A stretch of DNA of 64,000 nucleotides from a virus (Duplodnaviria > Caudoviricetes), in IMG/VR virus record IMGVR_UViG_3300022848_000005. One strand, 5' to 3'. A program made the position numbers and the translations under genes. Positions 47,183-56,270 of this stretch are shown here, one piece after another. Positions within the stretch are counted from its first letter, which is position 1, and each line of letters starts with the position of its first letter. The notes under the pieces are model-generated. The model was given only the letters and a program-made list of their open reading frames with translations, did no database searches and had not been told where the DNA came from.

Positions 47183-47461
47183 ATGAATATGTTTAAATAT
47201 CCAGTCACTTTAACGAAAGATGGCGACACCATCTTGGCGACATTTCGGGATGTTCCAGAAGCCATTACTTTTGGTGCTGATAAAGAAGAGGCGTTACTCA
47301 ATGCCGTTGATGCTTTAGAGGCTGGGTTATCTTTTTACGTTGAGGCGAATAAAACTCTACCCGTACCGAGCAAGGTCAAGCGCAACGAGGTGACGGTGTG
47401 CCCATCCGCTTTAGCGTGTGCAAAATTGGGTGTATACCAAGCCATGACTGCGGATAGATAG
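47183..47461 (+). CDS. hicB: HicB-family antitoxin, N-terminal domain only
   Basis: YPVTL...ILATFRDVPEAITFG.DKEEAL.NA.DAL......P.PS; ends soon after KLGVYQAM, with no C-terminal HTH. Confidence 0.85.
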   Translation: MNMFKYPVTLTKDGDTILATFRDVPEAITFGADKEEALLNAVDALEAGLSFYVEANKTLPVPSKVKRNEVTVCPSALACAKLGVYQAMTADR

Positions 47462-47562
47462 CGGTCTGGTGCTCAATACAATTTAAGACCAGGAGAAGCT
47501 AGGGCAATCGAGAAGCACTTAAATACCTAGACTAAAAATTATTAACCTTACTAAGTATTATT

Positions 47563-47874
47563 ATGCAGATATTATACAAAAAAGAACTAGAGCAATTGCT
47601 GGATAAAATTGCTACAGGAAAAACTGACGTTAACCGGCTCCAAGAGGACGAACTAGAGGAGTTGATGGACTACATTCACGAGCGAGCTGAGGAGTTGGAT
47701 GATCCTGACTATGACGAGTTTAAGCAACAGTTACTCCAGTTGTTTGACCTGCTCGGACATGTTATTGATAACAGGATTGAAGCGGAAGATAATGAAAAGT
47801 TTATAGACTCTATACGAGGAAGTATACAAAGAGGCAATTTTTACTTTGAATTGGGCAGTTTTATAGTGCATTAA
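47563..47874 (+). CDS. Highly acidic hypothetical protein
   Basis: About 26 D/E against 11 K/R in 103 aa. Confidence 0.55.
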   Translation: MQILYKKELEQLLDKIATGKTDVNRLQEDELEELMDYIHERAEELDDPDYDEFKQQLLQLFDLLGHVIDNRIEAEDNEKFIDSIRGSIQRGNFYFELGSFIVH

Positions 47875-48060
47875 CTTCCCGATATGGAACAACTCTTAGA
47901 GTCTGGTCACAAAAAACAAAAACTAAGAGCCCACTCATTCACTTTCCGGGTAGGATAGCAGTCTGAGTGGGCTCTTAGTTTTCTAGATAACTTTGACGTC
48001 ATGTGCGAAGCCAAATCAAAGAACTTGGCTAGTGCAAAACTAGCCAAACAAATTGCTTAG
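47875..48060 (+). pseudogene. Second, diverged UVDE C-terminal remnant containing an inverted 26-bp loop
   Basis: LPDMEQLLESGHKKQKLRAHS-[FTFRVG*QS]-EWALSFLDNFDVMCEAKSKNLAS aligns to the C-terminus of 45736..46851. Confidence 0.85.
47919..47982. repeat. Perfect 19-bp inverted repeat with 26-bp spacer
   Basis: aaaactaagagcccactca (47919-47937) and tgagtgggctcttagtttt (47964-47982). Confidence 0.95.
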
Positions 48061-48061
48061 C

Positions 48062-48280
48062 CTAAGACTTTTTAGTAGTTGTCTTCTTTTTTGTTGATGT
48101 GGCCTTCTTCTTAGCAGGCGACTTTTTTGTTGTTGTGGCCTTCTTCTTAGCTGGTGCATTGTCAGCAAGAGGGAACGTTGTTCCCTTAGGGAACGGCCAA
48201 GCGGCTGGTTCTTTAACTTCAGGGTTGTTGTTTCCAAATAACCAGTTAATTAATTTTGACAGCATGTTATCGATCTCCAT
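48062..48280 (-). CDS. Small Lys/Thr-rich (histone H1-like PAKKK repeat) protein
   Basis: PAKKKATTTKKSPAKKKATSTKKK; exact TATAAATA on the - strand at 48296-48303. Confidence 0.65.
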   Translation of the reverse strand: MEIDNMLSKLINWLFGNNNPEVKEPAAWPFPKGTTFPLADNAPAKKKATTTKKSPAKKKATSTKKKTTTKKS

Positions 48281-48310
48281 TGTATAATATACATATATTT
48301 ATATTAGGTA

Positions 48311-48339
48311 TTGACAAACGAACAGAAAGGCCCTATAAT
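48311..48339 (+). promoter_or_regulatory. sigma70-type early promoter
   Basis: TTGACA-N17-TATAAT. Confidence 0.75.
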
Positions 48340-48368
48340 AACACTATTAATAACGATATAGGATTGAT

Positions 48369-48704
48369 ATGAAGCAATTTATTATGATTTTTACTATGTT
48401 GGGTATTACTGGATGTGCGGGCCTAAACACGCACTCTAAGCCAGATATTGAATATGTTAGGAACTTTAAAATAGATTGCAGTCAAGCACATGCGCAGTAC
48501 CAGTATATTGACAGTTTAACACCCACGCATTGGGAAAAACAAAGTGCTAAGATTATTACCTCATCAGTAACTGGTAGTATTGGTGGTGCTATTTCTGGTG
48601 ATCATAGAAACAGGGCACATATTAGTTCTGGAGTATACGAAGCAAACATCAGTATGATTAAACATGATATTAGAAGTCAATGTGGATATAAGGATTATAC
48701 ATGA
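48369..48704 (+). CDS. Predicted lipoprotein
   Basis: Lipobox ITGC. Confidence 0.65.
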   Translation: MKQFIMIFTMLGITGCAGLNTHSKPDIEYVRNFKIDCSQAHAQYQYIDSLTPTHWEKQSAKIITSSVTGSIGGAISGDHRNRAHISSGVYEANISMIKHDIRSQCGYKDYT

Positions 48705-48982
48705 AATATTTCGCAATATTTTCAATGCTGTTTTTAACTGCATGTGGATCTGTATACAAGGCACCATTACATCAGGTTGAGAGAATGTATGTGGACTGTG
48801 CCAATAAGGAACAACAGGAGCGATACCTAGAAAGTTTATTAACGAAACAACATGACGATGGTATTGAATACTGGAACGACTGGTTGTTAAATTTAAACTC
48901 TGAGGAAAGACATCAAGACGAGGCGTTATATCGTAACCGTGTTAGATCATTACTGTGGGAGGTTAGATCAACATGCGGTTAA
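48701..48982 (+). CDS. Predicted lipoprotein
   Basis: Lipobox LTAC; shares ..DC...E.Q..Y..SL with the previous ORF. Confidence 0.65.
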   Translation: MKYFAIFSMLFLTACGSVYKAPLHQVERMYVDCANKEQQERYLESLLTKQHDDGIEYWNDWLLNLNSEERHQDEALYRNRVRSLLWEVRSTCG

Positions 48983-49527
48983 TTACTCTACTATTAATTG
49001 TTCCTGGTTTAGTGTTTGCTGAATGCAGGGTCGTGCAAAACAATCACAGTAACGCAGTAGGCACGATTAATCAGATCAGAAACATACAATCACAAGTACT
49101 GGAGTTTAGAAATAAAACCAGACAGTGCGAAGTTACATTTGAAGGCAACATTGCTAATGGCTGGCACATTGGGTCTGGAGTGTACAAATGGCGTAATGAC
49201 ATGCCAGATGATGTAGCGTGTGGCAATGCATTTGAGCTCGCCAAAGGTAACTTAATTAAAACAGTGGGTAAGATGCAGATTAGTTCTGAGACTTCATTAA
49301 TCTGTGATGAGAGCAACGACCCTGCACTTAAAGTATTAACACCAGGACAAGTTCTCGCATATGGTCAATGGAGACCACATCCCAAAAAGCCACAAGTGTT
49401 TTGGTATCAAGGCACAAGTTGCATGTGGTTTGTGGAAACCAATCTAGCAGGCAACAGTATGCGGCAATGGGAAGGTATTGTATGTGAAGCCAACGACAAC
49501 AACTGGGTTGTGGTTGACAAATTTTAA
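48973..49527 (+). CDS. Secreted Cys-containing hypothetical protein
   Basis: Signal peptide ending VFA; six Cys. Confidence 0.6.
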   Translation: MRLITLLLIVPGLVFAECRVVQNNHSNAVGTINQIRNIQSQVLEFRNKTRQCEVTFEGNIANGWHIGSGVYKWRNDMPDDVACGNAFELAKGNLIKTVGKMQISSETSLICDESNDPALKVLTPGQVLAYGQWRPHPKKPQVFWYQGTSCMWFVETNLAGNSMRQWEGIVCEANDNNWVVVDKF

Positions 49528-49572
49528 AAGTGATGTTAATGTATGTTATATTATTTGCGTAGGAGGTATAAT

Positions 49573-49737
49573 ATGAAAGGTTTTATCGTAGGAGTAATAC
49601 TAACACTAGCGGTAGTGTTTCCAGACAAAACCAAAGATGTGTTTACTTGGTCAGTAGAAGCAATGGAAAACGTTATTGCTGGCAGTGAAACAACTTTAGA
49701 TACAGTTAGTAGTTCAATAGAAGAGAGGACATTATGA
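49573..49737 (+). CDS. Small membrane protein
   Basis: AGGAGG RBS; MKGFIVGVILTLAVVFP. Confidence 0.5.
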   Translation: MKGFIVGVILTLAVVFPDKTKDVFTWSVEAMENVIAGSETTLDTVSSSIEERTL

Positions 49738-50288
49738 AAACCCTTGTGATTGCGTTGACAGCACTGTCCTTAGTGGCGTGCAACTCAACAGGCAAGTATG
49801 CTAAGATTGAGCAGAAAAAGTTTGAGCAAGACGCCAAGTATGCAGAGAAGGCACTGGATAAAATGCCAAAATGGATGACTGAGATGCCAGAAGATCAAGC
49901 CGCAGTATATGCAAACGGAACGGCAACCAGCTTTGACATCAATATGGCAGATACGAAAGCCATGGTAATGGCACTAGGCAAAATCTGTATTAGTGCAGGT
50001 GGCACAGTAGACGAGCGTTCCAGGGTCTTTATGCAGGATACTCCTGATGGCACAATAGAACGCAGTGAGTTAGCAATTCAGAGTGTATGTGATACCGTTG
50101 ATGTTAGTGGGGCAGAGATTGCCGACATTAAACGTATAACACAAGGCACAAAGTATAGAACATATGTGCTAATGGTGTTGCCTTTTGGTAATGCTAATTA
50201 TCTAGCAACCAAGCGAAGAACCGCACAAAATCAAGCACTAGCAGAAGAACGTATGGAAGATGTATTTGAAGAAATGGAGTCTAATTAA
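49734..50288 (+). CDS. Predicted lipoprotein (LPP20-like)
   Basis: Lipobox LVAC; P.WM...P and G.A.S.D...A..KA...A motifs. Confidence 0.6.
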   Translation: MKTLVIALTALSLVACNSTGKYAKIEQKKFEQDAKYAEKALDKMPKWMTEMPEDQAAVYANGTATSFDINMADTKAMVMALGKICISAGGTVDERSRVFMQDTPDGTIERSELAIQSVCDTVDVSGAEIADIKRITQGTKYRTYVLMVLPFGNANYLATKRRTAQNQALAEERMEDVFEEMESN

Positions 50289-50911
50289 TGCCAAATTTAG
50301 TACCAATAGTTATTGAGCAAACTAGTAAAGGTGAACGCAGTTTTGACATCTACTCTAGATTACTTAAAGACAGAGTTGTGATACTGGACACAGAAGTATC
50401 GAGTCACTCAGCAAGTTTGATTGTGGCTCAACTACTGTATCTAGAGTCTGAAGATCCAGGGCAAGACATCTTGCTCTATATTAACAGTCCAGGAGGACTT
50501 GTGTCAGCAGGCTTATCTATATATGATACCATGCAGTACATCAAACCAGATGTATCTACTATTGTATTAGGACAAGCCGCAAGTATGGGATCGTTCCTAG
50601 CAATGGCTGGTGCTGAAGGCAAGCGTATGGTATTACCAGAAGCTCGCACAATGATACACAGAGTGTCGTCTGGCACTCCAGGAACTAAAGGCAGTGTGCA
50701 TGTACAGGCACTAGAGTTTGAGGATGCTAAACGTTCATTTGAAGAAAGTCAACACATTAACAAGCGTCTAACAGAACTCTACGTTAGACACAACACCGCT
50801 GGCAAATCGTATAAGGATCTGTATGAAGCAATGAAGTTTGATACATATCTATCAGCTGAAGAAGCAGTCGATTATGGACTGGCAGATACAGTTATTACAA
50901 ACAGAGAATAA
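50288..50911 (+). CDS. clpP: ClpP protease
   Basis: [25 protein letters not shown] (Ser), MIHR (His) and [15 protein letters not shown] motifs. Confidence 0.97.
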   Translation: MPNLVPIVIEQTSKGERSFDIYSRLLKDRVVILDTEVSSHSASLIVAQLLYLESEDPGQDILLYINSPGGLVSAGLSIYDTMQYIKPDVSTIVLGQAASMGSFLAMAGAEGKRMVLPEARTMIHRVSSGTPGTKGSVHVQALEFEDAKRSFEESQHINKRLTELYVRHNTAGKSYKDLYEAMKFDTYLSAEEAVDYGLADTVITNRE

Positions 50912-50955
50912 GCGCAATACCGCTGTCCAAATAAATACACTATTAAGGACAGCAA

Positions 50956-51879
50956 ATGCAGTTATTTGAATTACGTAAAGGTCAACCCGAAGTCTATGTA
51001 GACATGGATGGCGTGTTGGCCGACTTTTTTGGCGCACTTAGCCAACAACACCAAGTTGATCATTGGACGGATATACCAGACAGTGACGATACTGTAGTTA
51101 AAAGTGCAAACCAAAAAGGTTTCTTTGAGAACTTACCAAAACTGCCCAATGCAGACAGTTTAATCGATAGTGTTGTTGCCATGGTGGGCACATACAACAT
51201 TCTCAGCAGTCCTCTTCAAAGTAACAAAGAACAAAGTGCTAGTGAAAAGTCTGCTTGGATAGACAGGAATATAAACCCTAAGCCAGCACAACGTATATTT
51301 GACCATAACAAATACAAGTATGCCACACAATCAGATGGCACACCTAACATATTAATAGACGATTATCCCTACAATATTAAACTCTGGCAGTCTAGAGGAG
51401 GTATAGGTATACAGTACAAGGATAGATGGTCCGCAGACGTCATTAAAGAGCTAGAAACAGCCTTAAAGAACGTTAAACAAGCAGAAATAAGCGAAGAATT
51501 TGAAATTACAGTACCAGTCAACGATGCACTATACACTAACAAAGATGTGTTAAAATACGTAAAAGACACACATCACAAGTATAATTTACCCGAGCCAATA
51601 TTAAAACACAATGCATGGGTACTAGTTAACTTTCCGGTAGCAGAGTTACACATAAGACAAAACGGCAAGGGCGAAGATCCTTACGGTAGAGATAACGAAA
51701 TAGATTTCGATACAGTAGCCGATGTAAACATGAAAAAATTTGCAACAAACCCTATTGTAATCGACGATAATAATTGGATAATCGATGGTAACCACAGAGC
51801 CACAGCGGCTCGGATGTTTGGAATGAAAAAGATACCAGCCTTCTGTCCATATACTCATGCACAGAAGGTTTTGTTGTGA
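50956..51879 (+). CDS. HAD 5'(3')-deoxyribonucleotidase fused to a ParB-like domain
   Basis: YVDMDGVLADF, ILSSP and NILIDD motifs; C-terminal PIVID...IIDGNHRATAA; ATAAATA at 50931. Confidence 0.8.
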   Translation: MQLFELRKGQPEVYVDMDGVLADFFGALSQQHQVDHWTDIPDSDDTVVKSANQKGFFENLPKLPNADSLIDSVVAMVGTYNILSSPLQSNKEQSASEKSAWIDRNINPKPAQRIFDHNKYKYATQSDGTPNILIDDYPYNIKLWQSRGGIGIQYKDRWSADVIKELETALKNVKQAEISEEFEITVPVNDALYTNKDVLKYVKDTHHKYNLPEPILKHNAWVLVNFPVAELHIRQNGKGEDPYGRDNEIDFDTVADVNMKKFATNPIVIDDNNWIIDGNHRATAARMFGMKKIPAFCPYTHAQKVLL

Positions 51880-52067
51880 AATCAATGAGTAATATATGTG
51901 TAATCTGTAACAGACCAATTAATGATAAATGTACATGGTCAACCTGTGTTTTAGCAAATAAAATTAGCACCCACAGAACAATACAATCTACCATTGATGT
52001 ACAGTATGACAGCAAGTTCAATCCAGAATGGAAACAAGAAATTGAAAAATACACAGGGAGACATTAA
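51876..52067 (+). CDS. Small Cys-motif hypothetical protein
   Basis: C..C...C...C motif. Confidence 0.4.
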   Translation: MKSMSNICVICNRPINDKCTWSTCVLANKISTHRTIQSTIDVQYDSKFNPEWKQEIEKYTGRH

Positions 52068-52156
52068 TGTTTAACATGTTTAAAAAGAAGAAGGTTAGAA
52101 ATCATTAATGATAATCATTTGTAGTGCAGTATCAACAATAAAAAGGGAAATGTTAG

Positions 52157-52600
52157 ATGTACGAGTATAAAGCAAAAATCGTCAGAGTTATAGATGGCGA
52201 CACAGTAGACATAGATATTGATTTAGGGTTTGGTGTTATGATTGTTAACGAACGTGTTCGTATTATGGGTATTGATACACCAGAGTCGAGAACAAAAGAC
52301 AATGTAGAAAAACTTTTTGGTTTGGCTAGTAAGGTTAGGTTAAAAGAGCTACTAGGAAAAGGTGCTAAATTAGTATGTAAGGAATATGACGCAAAAGGTA
52401 AGTTTGGTCGTATATTAGGAGACTTTGAACTTGAAGACGGTAGAATGGTAACAGACATTTTAATCGGCGAAGGTCAATGTGTTCCTTACTTTGGCGGATC
52501 GAAAGATGATACACAAGCCGCACATAAGGTAAACAGAACTCGATTACTTGCTGAAGGTGTAGTAAGTCAAATTGAGTACGATAAATTAACAAAGGAATAA
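52157..52600 (+). CDS. Thermonuclease (SNase-like)
   Basis: RVIDGDT, RVRIMGIDTPE and KFGRILG motifs. Confidence 0.9.
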   Translation: MYEYKAKIVRVIDGDTVDIDIDLGFGVMIVNERVRIMGIDTPESRTKDNVEKLFGLASKVRLKELLGKGAKLVCKEYDAKGKFGRILGDFELEDGRMVTDILIGEGQCVPYFGGSKDDTQAAHKVNRTRLLAEGVVSQIEYDKLTKE

Positions 52601-52603
52601 TAA

Positions 52604-52807
52604 ATGAAAGACTTGATAATCAACAACTTAAAAAACAAGTATCAAAATCAAATTGATATTGCAAAAACAAACATTGCTGTGTTTCTAGCAAGTCCACAAG
52701 GCATAGCAGAACATATTGATTTTTCAGCAACAGTTGAAACAGAACTAGAAAAAATTGCACATGCAACCGATATGCTAGAAGCACTAAAAGTTGTGGTAAA
52801 CGGATAA
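52604..52807 (+). CDS. Conserved small phage protein
   Basis: P.GIAEH.D....VE.EL.KIA...D.LEAL motif. Confidence 0.6.
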   Translation: MKDLIINNLKNKYQNQIDIAKTNIAVFLASPQGIAEHIDFSATVETELEKIAHATDMLEALKVVVNG

Positions 52808-52815
52808 ATACTGGT

Positions 52816-53202
52816 ATGAAAATACAAGAACTTGGAGAAGGCAACAGTCCGCACAAAAAAGGTACTAAGAAGTACAAGAAGCACATGGCAGCCATGCATG
52901 CTGGCATGTCTGAAGAACTGTCACAATTCGATTATGAACGTCCTGAGAACAGTGAAGTCACTGTTCAGGGAATAGGTCGATACAGTATAGGGACGCTAAA
53001 GCAAAGTATCCAACGCCAGTTATCCTTGTTGGCAACACAAGCAGAACGTGGTGATTATGACAACATTAGATACGCATTAGACCCCAATAGTATTGGAGGA
53101 ACACTAATACCCAAAGTAAATGCATTAGTTAAAGCATTAGATCAACTTGAAGCTGAACGTAAAAAGGGCGGGGCTCGTAGTGGAAACATCGAGCCGAGGT
53201 AA
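52816..53202 (+). CDS. Late hypothetical protein with head-targeting-like N-terminus
   Basis: ATAAATA at 52804-52810; begins MKIQELGEG. Confidence 0.55.
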   Translation: MKIQELGEGNSPHKKGTKKYKKHMAAMHAGMSEELSQFDYERPENSEVTVQGIGRYSIGTLKQSIQRQLSLLATQAERGDYDNIRYALDPNSIGGTLIPKVNALVKALDQLEAERKKGGARSGNIEPR

Positions 53203-53262
53203 GGCAGATATGAAGTCCAGCCGCAAATAAAATCCAAATAAATTAATAACTTACAAAAACGG

Positions 53263-53291
53263 TTGACATTATGGCTGATTGAGTCTATAAT
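53263..53291 (+). promoter_or_regulatory. sigma70-type early promoter
   Basis: GGTTGACA-N17-TATAAT. Confidence 0.75.
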
Positions 53292-53408
53292 AACAACATG
53301 AACACATTGGTCGAAGTTGATAAAGATGCATTCAAATATTACGGCGGTAATGTTCGTGTGCAACAAGGTCGTTTTTTTGTGCCACTACACATAGCATTAA
53401 AATTTCGG

Positions 53409-53437
53409 TTGACAACTGGTGCAAATGGTTCTATAAT
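53409..53437 (+). promoter_or_regulatory. sigma70-type early promoter
   Basis: GGTTGACA-N17-TATAAT. Confidence 0.75.
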
Positions 53438-53469
53438 TAATCAGGTAGGTTAGTTAATTTTTAATTTTT

Positions 53470-53796
53470 ATGAGAGGTTCAATCATGTTTACAGTAGCTG
53501 GAGTTTCACAAAAGAGTGGTGTACACAAAGTTCGTTTTGCAAACGATATGGTAACCCGTGTTAAGAATTTAATTAAGGATGGTCAAGCAGATATTAATCT
53601 TATTACCCTCCCTAATGCAATGGAGAAAGGTGAAGCAGTAAAATATCTTATGTCGCAAGAGTCATTAGTGGCTAAGCCAGAATGGCGTGCCGCTATCGAG
53701 ACTGCCGACGCAAAGTACAATCATACTAAGATTATCAGAATCGCTGGTGTTAAGGTAAAAACATCTGTTTCTACTCCAGAAGTAGTTGCTGGTTAA
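53470..53796 (+). CDS. Conserved hypothetical protein
   Basis: KVRFAND...R.K.L.K.G..DI.L..LP..M.K.EA motif. Confidence 0.6.
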   Translation: MRGSIMFTVAGVSQKSGVHKVRFANDMVTRVKNLIKDGQADINLITLPNAMEKGEAVKYLMSQESLVAKPEWRAAIETADAKYNHTKIIRIAGVKVKTSVSTPEVVAG

Positions 53797-53807
53797 TACT
53801 AGCAAAT

Positions 53808-53842
53808 GCATTTAAGGGCCCTTAGGGCTCTTAAATGTTTTT
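53808..53842 (+). terminator. Rho-independent terminator
   Basis: CATTTAAGGGCC-ctta-GGCTCTTAAATG followed by a T-tract. Confidence 0.65.
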
Positions 53843-53985
53843 AACCGTTATTTAGTGTATGTGGAATGGTATATAAAGTACTTGCTTATTGTCCCTACAT
53901 ATGTTTAAATAATACTACGATTTTTGAAAGTGTCAAAAAACACGATTAGACTGTTCGTAAATCAAATCTTATTAAGGAGATTATT

Positions 53986-54219
53986 TTGATGAAAATGTTA
54001 AGCATAGCAAAAGACTGGCTCAAAGAGATCTTAGATCTTGGTATTGTGGTCATCGCCGTTGCAGTTATCCTTCAACTCATATTTGGAGACGCTGTACCGT
54101 TTATAGGTGGTGATGTTGTTGCTAACGTAATTGAACTTGTTAACGCATTAGGTTCACAAGGATTGGTTGGTTTAGTAGCACTTGGTGTTATTGTTTGGGC
54201 TTTTAACAAAGGCAAATAA
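53986..54219 (+). CDS. Small two-TM membrane protein
   Basis: Two hydrophobic helices; strong RBS; terminator follows. Confidence 0.65.
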   Translation: MMKMLSIAKDWLKEILDLGIVVIAVAVILQLIFGDAVPFIGGDVVANVIELVNALGSQGLVGLVALGVIVWAFNKGK

Positions 54220-54255
54220 GTTACTACCTTACACGTTGCATATAACGTAGCAAAT

Positions 54256-54286
54256 ATGGGGGAGTGTTATACTCCCCCATTTTTTT
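54256..54286 (+). terminator. Rho-independent terminator
   Basis: ATGGGGGAGT-gttat-ACTCCCCCAT-TTTTTT. Confidence 0.9.
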
Positions 54287-54288
54287 GG

Positions 54289-54317
54289 TTGACGTTTGGC
54301 TCGACTGGCACTATAAT
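54289..54317 (+). promoter_or_regulatory. sigma70-type early promoter
   Basis: GGTTGACG-N17-TATAAT; shares ttttggttgacgtttgg with the 55848 copy. Confidence 0.75.
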
Positions 54318-54340
54318 TAAGTTTTTATCAGGAGCATTCA

Positions 54341-54676
54341 ATGAAAGCATATCGAGAAATAGACACGTATAAAGACTTTGATTTACCTGACAGCATTTTA
54401 TATCTTAAAGGCGACATGCTTTATGCTACTAAATCAGGTAACAGTGATATTAGAGTTCTAACTACCCCATTAAGAATAGATAAACGTGGTAGAAAGTTTG
54501 TCGAACTAACAGGCGTTGAGATGCCTGACTTAAATAGTCAAGTACAAGTAATTGAAGTAGAAGGTAGCAAAGGCAACACCTACTATATTACAATGTCGGA
54601 TACACCAAATTGCAGTTGTCCTGGCTATCAGTTCAGAGGTAATTGTAGCCACATTAAAGAACTAGATGCCCAATAA
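54341..54676 (+). CDS. SWIM zinc-finger protein
   Basis: V.GSKGNTY.......CSCPGYQFRGNCSHI (CxC-x8-CxH). Confidence 0.75.
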   Translation: MKAYREIDTYKDFDLPDSILYLKGDMLYATKSGNSDIRVLTTPLRIDKRGRKFVELTGVEMPDLNSQVQVIEVEGSKGNTYYITMSDTPNCSCPGYQFRGNCSHIKELDAQ

Positions 54677-55853
54677 AACATTCTGTATCCTACCCTGGAC
54701 ACATTTCTTCCATGACCCAACTGGCAGAGTAATGCCATGTTGTAGTGCGCATTGTAAACAGCCAGGCAATCAACAACCTGATTATGGCAACATGAAACAG
54801 TTTACATCGCACACAGATATAATTAATCAACAAAACTTTAATGATCTTAGGTTAAAGATGTTGGCTGGTGAAGAAGCAATAGAATGTCACTATTGTTATG
54901 AGACAGAACGACACGGTGGTGAAAGTTTTAGACAAAGCAAGAATAGCATGCTAGACCAAATGATCACCATGGATGAGATCGAGAACATGACTAATCCAGA
55001 CGGCAGTCTCAACAACTTTACAATGCGTTATTGGGACGTTAGATTTAACAATATATGTAACCTAGCGTGTCGTATGTGCGGTCCAGAATACAGTCATACC
55101 TGGGCAAAAGAACTTCAGATGAAGTTCCCAGACACATACATTGCCAGGGCAAATAAGTCTGACAATTGGCAAGAAATAATGCAAGGATATGGTCCATTAG
55201 ATGATCTATATGAGATATACTTTGCTGGTGGTGAAGTTATGTTCCAGAAAGAACACTGGCAGATGCTGGATCACCTAATAAGCATAGGCAAGACTGATGC
55301 CATGATAATGTATGTAACTAACTTAACCAAGTTAGACTACGACAGCTACAAGTTACTAGATTACCTACCCAAATTTAGAGATGTCACATTCACTGTGAGT
55401 CTAGATGGTACTGGCGACTTGCTGGAATATATTAGATGGGGGGCCAAGTGGGATCAAATAGTTAAGAACATGGATGCAATTAAAGAGTTACCTAACGTGC
55501 ATCTTAGAGTTAACCATGTCACCATGTGGTATAACGTTTTAGCACTGCCTGAGACATTAGACTTCCTATACGGTATGGGATACCTTTCAAACGCCAATCA
55601 TATTGATCTGATGGTAGCCAATGAAGAGGTTAATCACGTGGGAGCCTTGCCTGATGACCTTAAAGCAGAAGCCTGTGAGTCTATACGCTCTAGTAAGTAC
55701 TACCCAATGCTCAAAGACAAGTTAGAAGCAGTTATAAGTGCCATGACAGAAAATAATTTTCCCCTTCCAAAACAACGAGTTACCGCACTCGACAAAAGAC
55801 GTGGCTGTAACGTCTTGAATCATATACCAAAATTATCTAAACATTTTGGTTGA
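54666..55853 (+). CDS. Radical SAM protein with twitch/SPASM-like domain
   Basis: FCILPWTH, C..CY..E, CNLACRMC, FAGGE and SLDG motifs. Confidence 0.9.
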   Translation: MPNKTFCILPWTHFFHDPTGRVMPCCSAHCKQPGNQQPDYGNMKQFTSHTDIINQQNFNDLRLKMLAGEEAIECHYCYETERHGGESFRQSKNSMLDQMITMDEIENMTNPDGSLNNFTMRYWDVRFNNICNLACRMCGPEYSHTWAKELQMKFPDTYIARANKSDNWQEIMQGYGPLDDLYEIYFAGGEVMFQKEHWQMLDHLISIGKTDAMIMYVTNLTKLDYDSYKLLDYLPKFRDVTFTVSLDGTGDLLEYIRWGAKWDQIVKNMDAIKELPNVHLRVNHVTMWYNVLALPETLDFLYGMGYLSNANHIDLMVANEEVNHVGALPDDLKAEACESIRSSKYYPMLKDKLEAVISAMTENNFPLPKQRVTALDKRRGCNVLNHIPKLSKHFG

Positions 55854-55920
55854 CGTTTGGTCCGAGTGAACCTATAATATAGTTATACTGTTAATAAAGA
55901 AGAGGGGAAACAAGATGACT
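55848..55920 (+). repeat. 73-bp promoter-RBS-ATG cassette, copy 1
   Basis: Matches 59512-59584 with 3 mismatches (57 bp identical); contains TTGACG-N17-TATAAT, a GAGGGG RBS and ATGACT. Confidence 0.95.
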
Positions 55921-56265
55921 GCAACGATCGAAACATACAATGTAGAGCTGGTACACCAAGAAGCCATGCAAGCGGCTAACACAGCGGCTCAGGAGTTTGC
56001 TAACAGTCACTTTAACGGTGGCGACGGTGGGGCGTGTGGCTTCAGCTGGGTTGATGTATACGGTGTACGTAGCAACAGCAAGCTGGGCAAGGCCCTGCAG
56101 ACAGTGGGCTTCCGTAAGAGCTACTCAGGCTCCTTGCAACTGTGGAACAAGTGGTACATGGGCCAGAGCATTGATGCTAGCGGAGCAGGTGCAGACGCCT
56201 ACGCTACATTGTTGAAAGACAAGCTGGGCTTGGACAAGTGCTACGCAGGAAGCAGGTTAGATTAA
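55915..56265 (+). CDS. Early hypothetical protein
   Basis: GACGFSWV motif. Confidence 0.6.
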   Translation: MTATIETYNVELVHQEAMQAANTAAQEFANSHFNGGDGGACGFSWVDVYGVRSNSKLGKALQTVGFRKSYSGSLQLWNKWYMGQSIDASGAGADAYATLLKDKLGLDKCYAGSRLD

Positions 56266-56270
56266 ATTGG

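Noticed and set aside
47000-47560. A hicA toxin partner for HicB
   Set aside because: The flanking short ORFs lack HicA features (no G-S-H motif or dsRBD-like pattern).
47956-47958. In-frame TAG in the UVDE remnant, suggesting amber recoding
   Set aside because: Fully explained by the inverted loop; no suppressor tRNA seen.
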